Of a stretch of DNA of 64,000 bases, positions 24,963 through 37,540 are shown piece after piece. Source of the DNA: Octopus bimaculoides (Eukaryota). Under the pieces are notes generated by a model. The model made no database searches and was not told the origin of the DNA. It worked only from the letters and a program-made list of their open reading frames with translations. Location of the stretch: NCBI RefSeq assembly GCF_001194135.2, contig NC_068981.1, positions 46,031,561-46,095,560 on the forward strand. The letters are read 5' to 3'. The position numbers and the translations under genes are program-made. Each line of letters opens with the position of its first letter. Position 1 is the first letter of the stretch.

Positions 24963-25080
24963 CCATGCTGGGGCACCGCATAGAGGAAATTTTAAACGAA
25001 TGCATTGACAACAGAACTTCTTTTTTAAAGCATGGTACTTATTGTAACAGTTTCTTTTGCCGTACCGTTATGTTACAGAC
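24963..25080 (-). mobile_element. SINE family A, degraded 3' half
   Basis: CCATGCTGGGGCACCGC...TAAAGCATGGTACTTATTG...TCTTTTGCCGTACCGTTATGTTAC aligns to 35365-35475. Confidence 0.6.
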
Positions 25081-25265
25081 GCATGTCTTTGATGAGATCG
25101 TTAATACCGATGAAGTGAAAATTATTATATTGGGACAAACATAGGATGAATTAGTTAATCAATTAGATATAAAACCATCTGTGTAGCAAAAATGAAATGA
25201 TATTATCTCTGTACATCTGTTATTGTTAGTGCAATGACCTTCCCTAGATACAATAATATACAAAC

Positions 25266-25290
25266 ATGTGTGTATATGTGTGTATATGTG

Positions 25291-25344
<54 letters not shown>

Positions 25345-25420
25345 CATATACACACACACTCACATATATGTGTGTGTATGTACATATACACATACATAAA
25401 AACACACACATACTAATATA
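25266..25420. repeat. TG-rich / (TA)n / CA-rich compound microsatellite
   Basis: Direct reading. Confidence 0.9.
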
Positions 25421-26889
25421 TATATATAATGCAACGAACAATATAAAACAGTACTGACGCTTTAATGTCTTGTCTATGTGTATGTGTGGTTGTGTGTATG
25501 TATGTGATTACGTTCGGGAGAATACTTGAAGAATATACTCTATGTGGCCAGAGTCTCCTAAACAGAATGAATAAAAAATGAAACAGAATATAACTGAAGC
25601 ATCTATTTGTTCGACTGATAAGTTATTAGTTAAATGTAATGAAGTACATACAGTAAGATTAGATAAATAACATTTCCTCGAAATCTTACTTGATCTTAGA
25701 TTTTTACCAAAGATTTCAAAAAGGCTTCAACCGGATAAATTGAGGTGTAATTGTTCTGAAATGGTAATCAAGATCAATTTCGATTTCACCTATATGATTC
25801 TCTTAGACCATTATAAAAGGATATTCAAAGGTCGTACATAATCATATTCATCACAAGTTTTTAAATTGATCCGATTACATAGATTTTTATGATGTTTATT
25901 TCCTTATGAGAATTTAAGTATTTATTCTAAAATAGAAATCTAAATAATATTTTTTAATAAATAGCCAGTAGTACAAAAAGGGGAAAATACTGTTTCAGGA
26001 TACACCCCACCCAGACACACACACGCACGCACACACACACACACACGCGCGCACACACACACGCGCGCGCACGCGCACACACACATATNNNNNNNNNNNN
26101 NNNNNNNNNNNNNNNNNNNNNNNNNNNNNNNNNNNNNNNNNNNNNNNNNNNNNNNNNNNNNNNNNNNNNNNNNNNNNNNNNNNNNNNNNNNNNNNNNNNN
26201 NNNNNNNNNNNNNNNNNNNNNNNNNNNNNNNNNNNNNNNNNNNNNNNNNNNNNNNNNNNNNNNNNNNNNNNNNNNNNNNNNNNNNNNNNNNNNNNNNNNN
26301 NNNNNNNNNNNNNNNNNNNNNNNNNNNNNNNNNNNNNNNNNNNNNNNNNNNNNNNNNNNNNNNNNNNNNNNNNNNNNNNNNNNNNNNNNNNNNNNNNNNN
26401 NNNNNNNNNNNNNNNNNNNNNNNNNNNNNNNNNNNNNNNNNNNNNNNNNNNNNNNNNNNNNNNNNNNNNNNNNNNNNNNNNNNNNNNNNNNNNNNNNNNN
26501 NNNNNNNNNNNNNNNNNNNNNNNNNNNNNNNNNNNNNNNNNNNNNNNNNNNNNNNNNNNNNNNNNNNNNNNNNNNNNNNNNNNNNNNNNNNNNNNNNNNN
26601 NNNNNNNNNNNNNNNNNNNNNNNNNNNNNNNNNNNNNNNNNNNNNNNNNNNNNNNNNNNNNNNNNNNNNNNNNNNNNNNNNNNNNNNNNNNNNNNNNNNN
26701 NNNNNNNNNNNNNNNNNNNNNNNNNNNNNNNNNNNNNNNNNNNNNNNNNNNNNNNNNNNNNNNNNNNNNNNNNNNNNNNNNNNNNNNNNNNNNNNNNNNN
26801 NNNNNNNNTATATATGCATATATATATATATATTTAAACACATTCATACATACAAATCAATATACACACACAGATGTATAAATATATAA

Positions 26890-26931
<42 letters not shown>

Positions 26932-28223
26932 ATATATATAAACATGTAAGTTCAAACTTTTCACCATGGTTAAGTGATTTCCTTCTGTTTTTGAGCCAAT
27001 AGAGAATGATTTCATTGAAGGAGTCAAGAGCGTAAGAATATTTTTTCAAAAATAATATTTTATTGATTAGATATAAAAGATATAAACGACGAGGATCCTT
27101 GTTTTTCTCATTTTTGTCATATATAAATATATCTATTTTCAGATCTAACTATATATTTTTGAACAATTTACTGTTCATTTATGCGTTATATATTTGCTTC
27201 CATTATACTGGTTTAAGAGCTTCTAAATATATGAACATCCATACACACATAATCAGAAATGATACTTTTCACGAACCAAATTTTTAAATTCAAATACATA
27301 CACATTTATAACAATGCATACATCGATCGATACATATATATAACTACACAATTTCCCTCACGTAACCATTGACACCCCACGAAATGAGAGATAGAGAGAG
27401 AAAGAGAGTGTATGCGTGTGTGTTTTTGTTTTGTATATGCGTGTACTTGTGTGGATGTGTATCTTTGAGCGCACGCTCGTGTATATATCATTAAAATACA
27501 AATTGTATGGATCCGTGTAATGTAAAATCTTCCTTTGTTATTTAAATTTTAATTCCATGTTTCATTTTTCTCAGAAATAAACAATTGATAACAATTGAAT
27601 GATTGAACGGGAGACACTGATTGAGGTAATATTTAAATATGATTTCCAAACATCGCTATCTTTTTACACGAACGAACGTGTGTATATGTGTGAACGTGAG
27701 ACCGTCACTTGCGCCTCTGAATCTTAATAGAAAATAGGGTCATCTCCGTAATATACGACGTTTTGGAGGTATTTTTATAGATGGCGGGTTTCGTCCCTAT
27801 CTAGATCTCATGATAGATCCGTTTCTGAAAGAAATCGGGTCTTGTGAGAAAGCCTGCAAAAAGAAAAGTCGACTTTAATCTGGCTATACACGCCTATGCT
27901 TATAAATGTGTATATTTCAACACAAACACATACAAACACACACACATACACCCTCCACACACACATATGTACTAGTCCCTTCATTCTCTGAGTTTCACCT
28001 GTAAATGAAACAGACTAACACAACCAAATGAATAATATACATGAAGTTGCAAATTTTCTTTTAATTTTCTCTGTTGTAAAGTCAGGAACACTGGTTTAAA
28101 ATTATATATCTGTACATTTTAACATATCATGATATATTTTACGTATTATGCATTTATATTCTTCATTTCGGATCATATTTTTATTGGATCTCAGTATTTT
28201 GAGGAAGATCAAAGTGTAGTATA

Positions 28224-29495
28224 CGCGGGGATACCTAAAAGAAACCAGAATTTTGCAATATTATTTTATTCACAAAGTTTTATTTGTTTACATCGCCTTC
28301 AAAGTATTCTCCATTTGAAAAAAATGCCTCGGTCTAGACGTGTTTTTCAGTGCTCGAAGCAGCCCTAGAACTTCCGCGAGTGATGCCTTTTAACCCCTTC
28401 GTCTTTTTTTTTTCATTCCCCTCTTCTACGTCTGTAAATCGTTTTCCTTTAAGGATATTTTTGATTCGACGGAATTAAAAAAAAGTTGCAGCGAGCAAGA
28501 TCGAGTCAATATGGAGGGGGGACAAACTGGGTGATGCTATGTTTGGTCAAAAACTGTTCAACACTCAAGGCGGTGTGCAAAGGTACATTGTCTTGATGAA
28601 ACCCAAACTCTCGGCTTTGCCACTGGTCGGAGCGTTTTCGTCTCGCCGTTTCTCGCAAATCCTTCAGACCTGTCAAGTAAAATGTTTGACTAGCAGTTTG
28701 ATCAGGACGGACAAATACTGTGTGGAAAATTATTTTTGCATCGATGAAACAAGTCAGTATCGTCTTGACATTGGACTTCACTTGACGCACTTTTGGGGTG
28801 GTGGCGTGATGACATTATATACTTCCGTTGACTTGATTGATGCTTCGTTTTCGGGTCGAAGCCGTAGTACCAGCTTTCGTCACCAGTGATGACCTTCGAA
28901 AAAGTTATCTGATCAACTTCCAACAGTTCTCTCAGTTCACGTTACGCATTCAGTCGTGGCTGCTTTTGATTTTCCCTGAGCAAGTGAGGCACACATTTTG
29001 CTGCAACTCTTTTCATTCGCAATTCCTTGCTCAAAATTCTTTGGGAGGAGCTCCAGGATACAACAGTCATATCAACAGTTTCTTCAATTTTTCGGCGACC
29101 AAGATCAGTTCATGAATTTTCGCTTTATTCTCATTCATTCGGGACATTTCTAAAATGTGAAAAAAGCCATTCGAAAACTTGTGTTTTGCTGAGGGCAGAG
29201 TCCTTGTAAGCTGTTTGAAGTATCACAACTGATTTGGCTGCCATTTTCTCCTGCAGAAAACAGAATTTCAGGGAAGCACACTGTCCTTTCGTTTCAGCCA
29301 TTGCAAAAGTTGACGAACAGGGAAGATGCACATCGAAACAATGACGCACAATTTGGTAGTACAATGACAGAAATCCTGGTCGGAAGACTGGTTCCTTGGG
29401 GTCGCATCAAGTGGCTTCTAGCGGCAGAAACCTGAACTACAACGGATTGAACTACACAGTGATATTCAAATGTTATTTGTTCTTAAAACGGTATA
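28224..29495 (-). mobile_element. Mariner transposon (DD34D), near full length, dead
   Basis: ATG at 29301 (MAETKGQCASLKFCF...), then AKCVPHLL, VITGDESWYYGFDPKTK, RQVKSNVKT, FHQDNVPLH and PPY*LDLARCNFF (34 residues from D to the third catalytic position, here N). The left end is TA|CGCGGGGATACCTAAAAGAAACCAGAATTT. The right TIR is degraded and its position is approximate. Confidence 0.92.
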
Positions 29496-30166
29496 CCAAG
29501 TATACCACACCTTCTACATATTCAAAGGTTAAATCTATTACAATGATTACAGAATCAGGAAACTTATTTCCGCGAAACCACAAACTTCTAAAATTAAATT
29601 CTAGATACCCTAGGAAAGAATAACTTTGATCGTAGGTTTGCTTGATTAGGTGTGAAATAGATCACCTGCATCACTATGTCTTCACTCTGTGAAGAAGTAA
29701 AAGACTTGTGGTATTGAACAAGTTATATGTCAATACTGCGACTATGTTTTAAGATGGCTTTTCAGTGGTCGTTAACGTTAAAATTATCAGGTAAAATTCT
29801 CTAAAATTATTTGAAATTACCTAAAATGACGTAATAGATAGTGTAGTCACAAACTTATTATGCCAGGATAAACGATGAAATAGTTTGGGGTGAAGTATGT
29901 TAATCAAGGGATCAAATCTATGAACTGAATAACAATACACTGAACCGTAAAAGAAACCAAAGATGTGTGTGACTGTGAAATATGTTTCAATTTCATTTTG
30001 TTAGAGATAACTTTTTATAAATCTGATAAAGTCAATTTCTTGAAAGTACTTTGACCACAGCTTATGGGTCATTGTCATGTGTTCAGGTAGTAGGCGGATC
30101 CAGAATATCGAAATTGTAAGGTGTGACATATACTTCCGTTATATACTTCCGTTGACTTGATTGATG

Positions 30167-31480
30167 TGTGCTATCCCTTTGTGTTCAAAACAGCCATAGA
30201 CCGTCGGTATATGTCGTGTATGATATGTGGTGGCTCACTAAAGCCATTGGCACTTGTGCCCACATCCTGAGCTGCCTCCAGTTCAACACTAGTTGTAGCA
30301 TTGGGACCACCTGGTTCAACCGTCTCTAGATTTCATCCCACGGGTGTTCAATTGGGTTCAAATTCAGGCCGAGAGCTGGCCACGGCATAATTGTAATGTT
30401 GCACTGCCGCATGAAGTCTATGGTGACTCCTAGCCATGTGGCAGGGAGCATTCTCCTGTTAGGACACATGGATATATTGACGCGCGAAGAAGGGCACGAT
30501 GTGAGGTTTTAGGATCTGGTGAACGTAGCGCTGCGTTGTAATGTCATTTCCTCTGCCTGCACCAACATTTTGGAACACATGAGGCCCATTTCTCTGATTC
30601 AGGCCTATAGCACACCAATCCATGATGTTTTGACTACCATACACATCCATTTGCATGACACATGCGTCTCTGTAGCGTTCACATCTCCTACGTCGCACAC
30701 TTACATTGTCATCCGAGGTAGAAACGCAATACCGGCTCTCGTCTGAGAAGACTGTCGTTCTCCATTGAGTCGTCAGAGAAGACTATCGATCTCCATTGAG
30801 TCAGTGTTGCGTTGGCAACTGTAGTCGTGCCTGACAGTGGCGGGTTGTGAGGACAGGCCTCGAGCAGGACGACGGCAACGCAAGTTGTTGGCGGCCAGTC
30901 GACGTCGTACCGTGTCATCGCTGTCCAGCGCTAATGGTCGCCCGAGCTGTCACGCTGACTGGTCGGAAGCAATCAAGGAAGTATTGAAGGTGGATGAAAC
31001 GGTCCTGCTTGGGTGTGGTCACCCGGGAGCGCCCTCTACGACCACGGACTGCAGTTCTGTTGGTGTTGTGTTAGCGCTGATGCAGGAGATAGATGGTGTT
31101 GACATGGACATTGTAAGCTTTCGTTTCAACTAGAGCAAGTTGCCCTGCTTGCTATCGACCAATAGCTTTTTTTCTTTGAGCTGCTGACAATCGGGAAAAA
31201 CCTGATGCGTCCAAGTTACGAACGACAGGAACGCGGTTCAAGTTGATTTTTTTATATCCATAATCTCCACGAGATGCATATGTATTTCGGTTTTCAAGAC
31301 AAGTTTTGCGACTGGAAGCCATGACATTCAACACAGCTGCGTTTTGGCGTTTCATTTCAGGGCACGTTTAGAGGTTACCTGCAATTTGGATCTCAGCCAT
31401 AACCCATCATATCTTACGTTCCAGAAATAATTTTTCAAAATGATATTTGAAAAAATCGCGTTTCTTTGGGGTTGAGTTTA
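30167..31480 (-). mobile_element. Tc1-family transposon, dead, 3' end missing
   Basis: The 5' TIR at ~31455-31480 reads TA-TAAACTCAACCCCAAAGAAACGCG on the minus strand. Protein pieces: SRLSAAQRKKAIGR, VTTPKQDRFIHLQ, DTVRRRLAANNLRCRRPARG, QWRSIVFSD, QRYVHQILKPHIVPFF, QENAPCH. It ends in the last codons (...NTKG*HT) at ~30167. Confidence 0.9.
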
Positions 31481-33235
31481 TAGCATATAACTTGGTATAA
31501 AGACGTAAGATCGAAGACTGTTTCACAATTCTATATGAAGGATATCCACCAATAGATTAAAAACATTTGCACAACTGCTTCAATATCTAGGGATTCAGGT
31601 TCATGATTCCATAATACTCAACTGTATGATTTACAGTTAAGCTCTTGTACATTTTATATTTGTTTATTGCACAATATTCATTGAACCTACGTCTTCATGA
31701 TCAGAAACACTCGCATAATCATGCAAAACACTCGCATGGCGAGATTCTACAAAGAACAGAATTGCTGAATACAAATGACCATCAGGAAATTCTTAAGTCA
31801 GAGAGGATTCTAAAAGAATGTACACCCATTCCTGTAGTGAAAATTGTTTGAATGGCAAAGAATATCTGGCCGAGCAGTAGTACATTATATAGACACATTA
31901 AAAACGAATCTGGAAGTAAAATGTAGAAGTCATTAAATTAGCATCATGAAGAATTTATGTTTCGAGAGGGGTTTTAAATAACTTTGAAGGCAATCACGAA
32001 TTCTTAAAATCAACTGTAGCAACTAAATTAAATGAAATTGTAATATATTTTCTTAAATAATTTATGACAAGTATAATCGACGAAGGCAAGCAGAGAGAAA
32101 GAGGCGATAGCAAGTAATAAAGAGTGTGTGTATATGTAGTTAATGGAAAGAGAATAAATGGGAAATGTATATTAAAAATGTAAGCCCGCAAACTAATTAA
32201 TACTAATTAAAGGGTATCTATCTTAAGAACATGATTCTACTCATTTTCATAAAATAAGGCAAAAATGATATTATTTCGTTATTTTCGTACTGTTTCGGAG
32301 CTGATTTGAATTCTTTTCATTCGATTTTGATATTCTGATATTTGTAGCAGAGAGGCCATATTGTTCATTTATTGTAGTGATGGAAGTAAGCCAATATTTA
32401 AACAGTTCATAAATTTGAGAAATATAACATAAGGTTATATGTTGAAGCTAAGTGACGTGTGGCTAAAGGTCAAAAACTAAGGGATATATAACATTGATGA
32501 ATATTTCAGCAGAAACAAAGTAACGATTTCATTTAGGTTCAAATGAGCCAGGATATTTTTTCCATTTTTATTATCAAGCTTTCATATCAATAGTCACGAT
32601 CCCTGGAATAATTTGCATTTTCTGGAAGCGTGCATGATTAAAAATCGAAAAGCAATCAGTAATTATGTATGCGTCAGAATTATTTCAACACTCTCTTTTN
32701 NNNNNNNNNNNNNNNNNNNNNNNNNNNNNNNNNNNNNNNNNNNNNNNNNNNNNNNNNNNNNNNNNNNNNNNNNNNNNNNNNNNNNNNNNNNNNNNNNNNN
32801 NNNNNNNNNNNNNNNNNNNNNNNNNNNNNNNNNNNNNNNNNNNNNNNNNNNNNNNNNNNNNNNNNNNNNNNNNNNNNNNNNNNNNNNNNNNNNNNNNNNN
32901 NNNNNNNNNNNNNNNNNNNNNNNNNNNNNNNNNNNNNNNNNNNNNNNNNNNNNNNNNNNNNNNNNNNNNNNNNNNNNNNNNNNNNNNNNNNNNNNNNNNN
33001 NNNNNNNNNNNNNNNNNNNNNNNNNNNNNNNNNNNNNNNNNNNNNNNNNNNNNNNNNNNNNNNNNNNNNNNNNNNNNNNNNNNNNNNNNNNNNNNNNNNN
33101 NNNNNNNNNNNNNNNNNNNNNNNNNNNNNNNNNNNNNNNNNNNNNNNNNNNNNNNNNNNNNNNNNNNNNNNNNNNNNNNNNNNNNNNNNNNNNNNNNNNN
33201 NNNNATATATATATATATATATGTGTGTGTGAGTG

Positions 33236-33288
<53 letters not shown>

Positions 33289-35320
33289 CTGTGTGTCTGT
33301 GTGTGTTTTTGTATACATATCTGAAAGAAAGAAAGAAAATGGGCGATGTGAAAAACCTACAAATATGTTTCAGTTCTAGCGCCTAGTTGATATTTAATTC
33401 TAACAATCATTTGGTTATACGCTAGGAAAGGCATCGTTTTTAAATATATGAGACTTCTTCTGGGTTATTATGAGCTTATAGAATGTTAACATTTTTCTTT
33501 GAAGGATGTATGCAGAATACTAATAAGTTTAAGAAGTTAGATCCGATATATGATCCATTTTCTGTCTGCTTTTATAGATCCACTCGGTCTCTTTTAATAT
33601 CAATAATATGTATTACTACAATAGTTCCTAATATATCGCAGAGTATTTTGCATTATATGATAGTGATTAACCAGTGAAAACTTTCGGATTATTTAATCCC
33701 TATTGAGGATATAATTTCATAAAATTGACTATGTATATATANNNNNNNNNNNNNNNNNNNNNNNNNNNNNNNNNNNNNNNNNNNNNNNNNNNNNNNNNNN
33801 NNNNNNNNNNNNNNNNNNNNNNNNNNNNNNNNNNNNNNNNNNNNNNNNNNNNNNNNNNNNNNNNNNNNNNNNNNNNNNNNNNNNNNNNNNNNNNNNNNNN
33901 NNNNNNNNNNNNNNNNNNNNNNNNNNNNNNNNNNNNNNNNNNNNNNNNNNNNNNNNNNNNNNNNNNNNNNNNNNNNNNNNNNNNNNNNNNNNNNNNNNNN
34001 NNNNNNNNNNNNNNNNNNNNNNNNNNNNNNNNNNNNNNNNNNNNNNNNNNNNNNNNNNNNNNNNNNNNNNNNNNNNNNNNNNNNNNNNNNNNNNNNNNNN
34101 NNNNNNNNNNNNNNNNNNNNNNNNNNNNNNNNNNNNNNNNNNNNNNNNNNNNNNNNNNNNNNNNNNNNNNNNNNNNNNNNNNNNNNNNNNNNNNNNNNNN
34201 NNNNNNNNNNNNNNNNNNNNNNNNNNNNNNNNNNNNNNNNNNNNNNNNNNNNNNNNNNNNNNNNNNNNNNNNNNNNNNNNNNNNNNNNNNNNNNNNNNNN
34301 NNNNNNNNNNNNATATATATATATATATATACATATAACTTAGGTCCTTGTGGAGTATAAAAGTAAGGTATTTCCAGAGAAACACCCTGACCGAGTTCTA
34401 GCCTATCAACACTGTTGGATTGCAGACTAATTCGGAAATTCTTTCAGGTTAGAATATCTCGATTTCTCAACGGTAGAACCGTTGTGTGAGTATGGCGAAA
34501 TATAACTCATAATCCAAATAATAAGAAAACAAAATATCTTTACCATATCTTTAAGGATTTGTTTGAATTGTTTCTGTACCAACTCTGCTTGCAACTCCAG
34601 TTTATGAAAAAAATCAGGGAGATAATGTACGTAATGTTTGCAATTTTAGGCATTAGAAAGTCATTTCATCACACTTGCATCAAATGTGCGCTTGTATGTT
34701 GTGCGTTTTCCATATTTGACTAAAATGGACTATTATCAAATTGTGTATTACAGTACGGACTACCGCTAGTTCGTTAGGATTAGATATACAATTTATAAGG
34801 ATTTAACTAATATGTAAACCTTGCAAAAGAGAATATACTTGCTCTCCTAGATATAGAAATGCCTTGCAATTTTGAACCATAATTAAATATAAAAATTATT
34901 TTCCTTGAAATAGTTTCTGTTTGTTTACAATATCTATAGCTTGAATGATTGCAAATAATCTATAGAGATATTTTGCTTGTGGGTACATATACACGATTTT
35001 CTGGAAATTTCCATTTTTAACATTATTCTTTCGAATTGCAGATTTCGCAGCATGATATCAACTTTTTACAACCATTCTCTGAAATATATTTGAAATTATT
35101 GAGCAATTTTTTGTTTATGCCATAGTTGTTAAAATGCGCTCAAATGACAACATATTAAAAAAAAATTAATCTGATATGTATACGTCTGTGTATGCATATT
35201 TATGTACATTTTCCTGGGATAAGGACAATGTACAGTAATATATAATTGCATTTGTGTCAAATATTAATATGCGTGTATTCAGCTGTTGATCAGCAGATTT
35301 ATGATCAATATTCTTTTACA

Positions 35321-35745
35321 CTTTTACTCTTTTACTATTTTACTTGTTTCAGTCATTTGACTGCGGCCATGCTAGAGCTCCGCCTTTAATCTAGCAAATC
35401 GACCCCAGGACTTATTCTTTGTAAGCCTAGTACTTATTCTATTGGTCTCTTTTGCCGAACCGCTAGTTTACGGGGACATAAACACGCAGTATCAGTTGTC
35501 AAGTGATGTTGGGGGGACAAACACGTACACACACATATATACATACGCACACACACACACACACACACCCANNNNNNNNNNNNNNNNNNNNNNNNNNNNN
35601 NNNNNNNNNNNNNNNNNNNNNNNNNNNNNNNNNNNNNNNNNNNNNNNNNNNNNNNNNNNNNNNNNNNNNNNNNNNNNNNNNNNNNNNNNNNNNNNNNNNN
35701 NNNNNNNNNNNNNNNNNNNNNNNNNNNNNNNNNNNNNNNNNNATA

Positions 35746-35785
<40 letters not shown>

Positions 35786-35947
35786 CGACGAGTTTCTTTT
35801 AGTGTTTGTCTACCAAATCCACTCGCAAGGCTTTGGTCGTCCCGCGGCTATAGTAGAAGACACTTGCGCAAGGTAACATGCAGTGGGACTGAAACCGGAA
35901 CCATGTGGTTCGTAAGTGAGCTACTTACCACAGAGCCACTCCTACGC
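35321..35947 (-). mobile_element. SINE family A, full length, with expanded internal microsatellite and gap
   Basis: Head GCGTAGGAGTGGCTCTGTGGTAAGTAGCTCACTTACGAACCACATGGTTCCGGTTTCAGTCCCACTGC, internal (TA)n-gap-(TG)n, 3' half ending GACTGAAACAAGTAAAATAGTAAAAGAGTAAAAG. Confidence 0.92.
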
Positions 35948-36460
35948 GTATGATATTGTAAGGAAAGTTTTCAAAAGTTGTTAATTAAACCTAGTGGTCA
36001 AATGGATTTTCAGAAAAAAAAACGAAAGAGTAGAAAAGGATTACAAAATCTATCACTACTTTGTCACACAAGAGAACAAAATATATATATTTACTTCTTA
36101 AGATTGCGTGAAGCAGAATTCGTTTTTAAATAACATCCATGGATAAAAAAGAACTCCACACTCATACGCAAGCACACAAAGGCATTCACAGATAGATGGA
36201 TAAAGGTTTGTCGTATAACATCCAAGAGGAATTCTTGATATATAGTAATTACATCCCTTTCCAAAGAAAGTGGAACAATTGCTACTTTGTGATACAAAAT
36301 CCCACTCAGACTAAAGGTGAAGTATATATCTACTCAGTAATGGCACTTTTCAATTTGCTGTGTAAATATAAATACACACTCATCCTCGCACGCGCGCACA
36401 CGCACGCACACACGCACGCACACACGCACTAATATACACACACAGAGATACATTTATAAA

Positions 36461-36647
36461 CATTCTTTCCTATTCTTTGCACAGGGCCCGAAATTTTGGA
36501 GGAGGGGTGGGGGCAGTCGATTACACCGATCCCAGTACACAACTGGTACTTAATTTATCGACCCCGAAAGGATGAAAGGCAAAGTCGACCTCGGCGGTAT
36601 TTGAACTCAGAACATAAAGACAGACGAAATACCGCTAAGTATTTCAC
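36461..36647 (-). mobile_element. SINE family B (Deu/Nin-domain-like; resembles octopus OR1-type)
   Basis: The minus strand contains GTTCTGAGTTCAAATACCGCCGAGGTCGACTTTGCCTTTCATCCTTTCGGGGTCGATAAATTAAGTACCAG. The domain name is from memory. Confidence 0.9.
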
Positions 36648-37464
36648 CACATGCAGTTGTCGATAGTTACCTGCACAAAGGGGAGAAACCGCTCGGAAGA
36701 CCTTATATAAATATATAATAGTTTCTTTCCCACCAAATATTTATCAAATATATTTTTCCATCAGAATGGTATGTAAAAAAGTCAATATAAAATACAAATC
36801 TGTTGTCAAAGAAAAACATGCAACTTCTCAAAATTGATGAAATAACTTGTTCTAATAAAAAGTAGACATATCAAAGTGTTCTTTGGGAGTCCAAGGAAAT
36901 TCTTCTCTACGAAATATATCAGACTCACATGCTGCGAATCCAGGATATTGTTGTCTAAACTGTAAAATTTTGACGATTGCGAATTTGATAAATATGACAA
37001 TGTTCCTCTCGAATGCATTACTTTCCTTCTAATTAGAAATTACTAATGCAGCGAATGCAATATTGCCAGTTAAAATCTACAAGAAAATTAGTTGAGTTTT
37101 GCAACATTCTACGTGTTTATGAATTTCAACAAAATAATTCATACATAGAATATAGTTATCTAAGCACAACTTTAAACGATACCAGAATGATATGAATTAA
37201 TATTTCAGACAATTAATACTTTTATTTATTCGATATGTCAAATTAATTATGTCATAAGATTTAGGCGAAACTATGTTTCAAATTTCAGGGATCATATTTC
37301 TAAGCGAATATAACTTTTCCCATATTCGAGAATTTAAGTAAATTAAATTATTGACAAAACCAAGCGCTGTAACTTAATTAGCAAGAGGACAAGAAAAGAT
37401 ATTTCCTGAAAAAATTCTCTGAAAATCATCGTAACTCCAAAAGTGCTTTGTACACTGAGCATTC

Positions 37465-37539
37465 GAAAGGTCGATGTTGGGAATCTCACTGGGAGACTAT
37501 ATCCGCAACGAGGAGATGAGAAATATAACTGGAGTGACT
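37465..37539 (+). mobile_element. RTE-clade LINE remnant (C-terminal RT region)
   Basis: Translates ERSMLGISLGDYIRNEEMRNITGVT, matching the RTE motif MERSMLGISL.D.IRNEEIR..TGV. Confidence 0.6.
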
Positions 37540-37540
37540 C

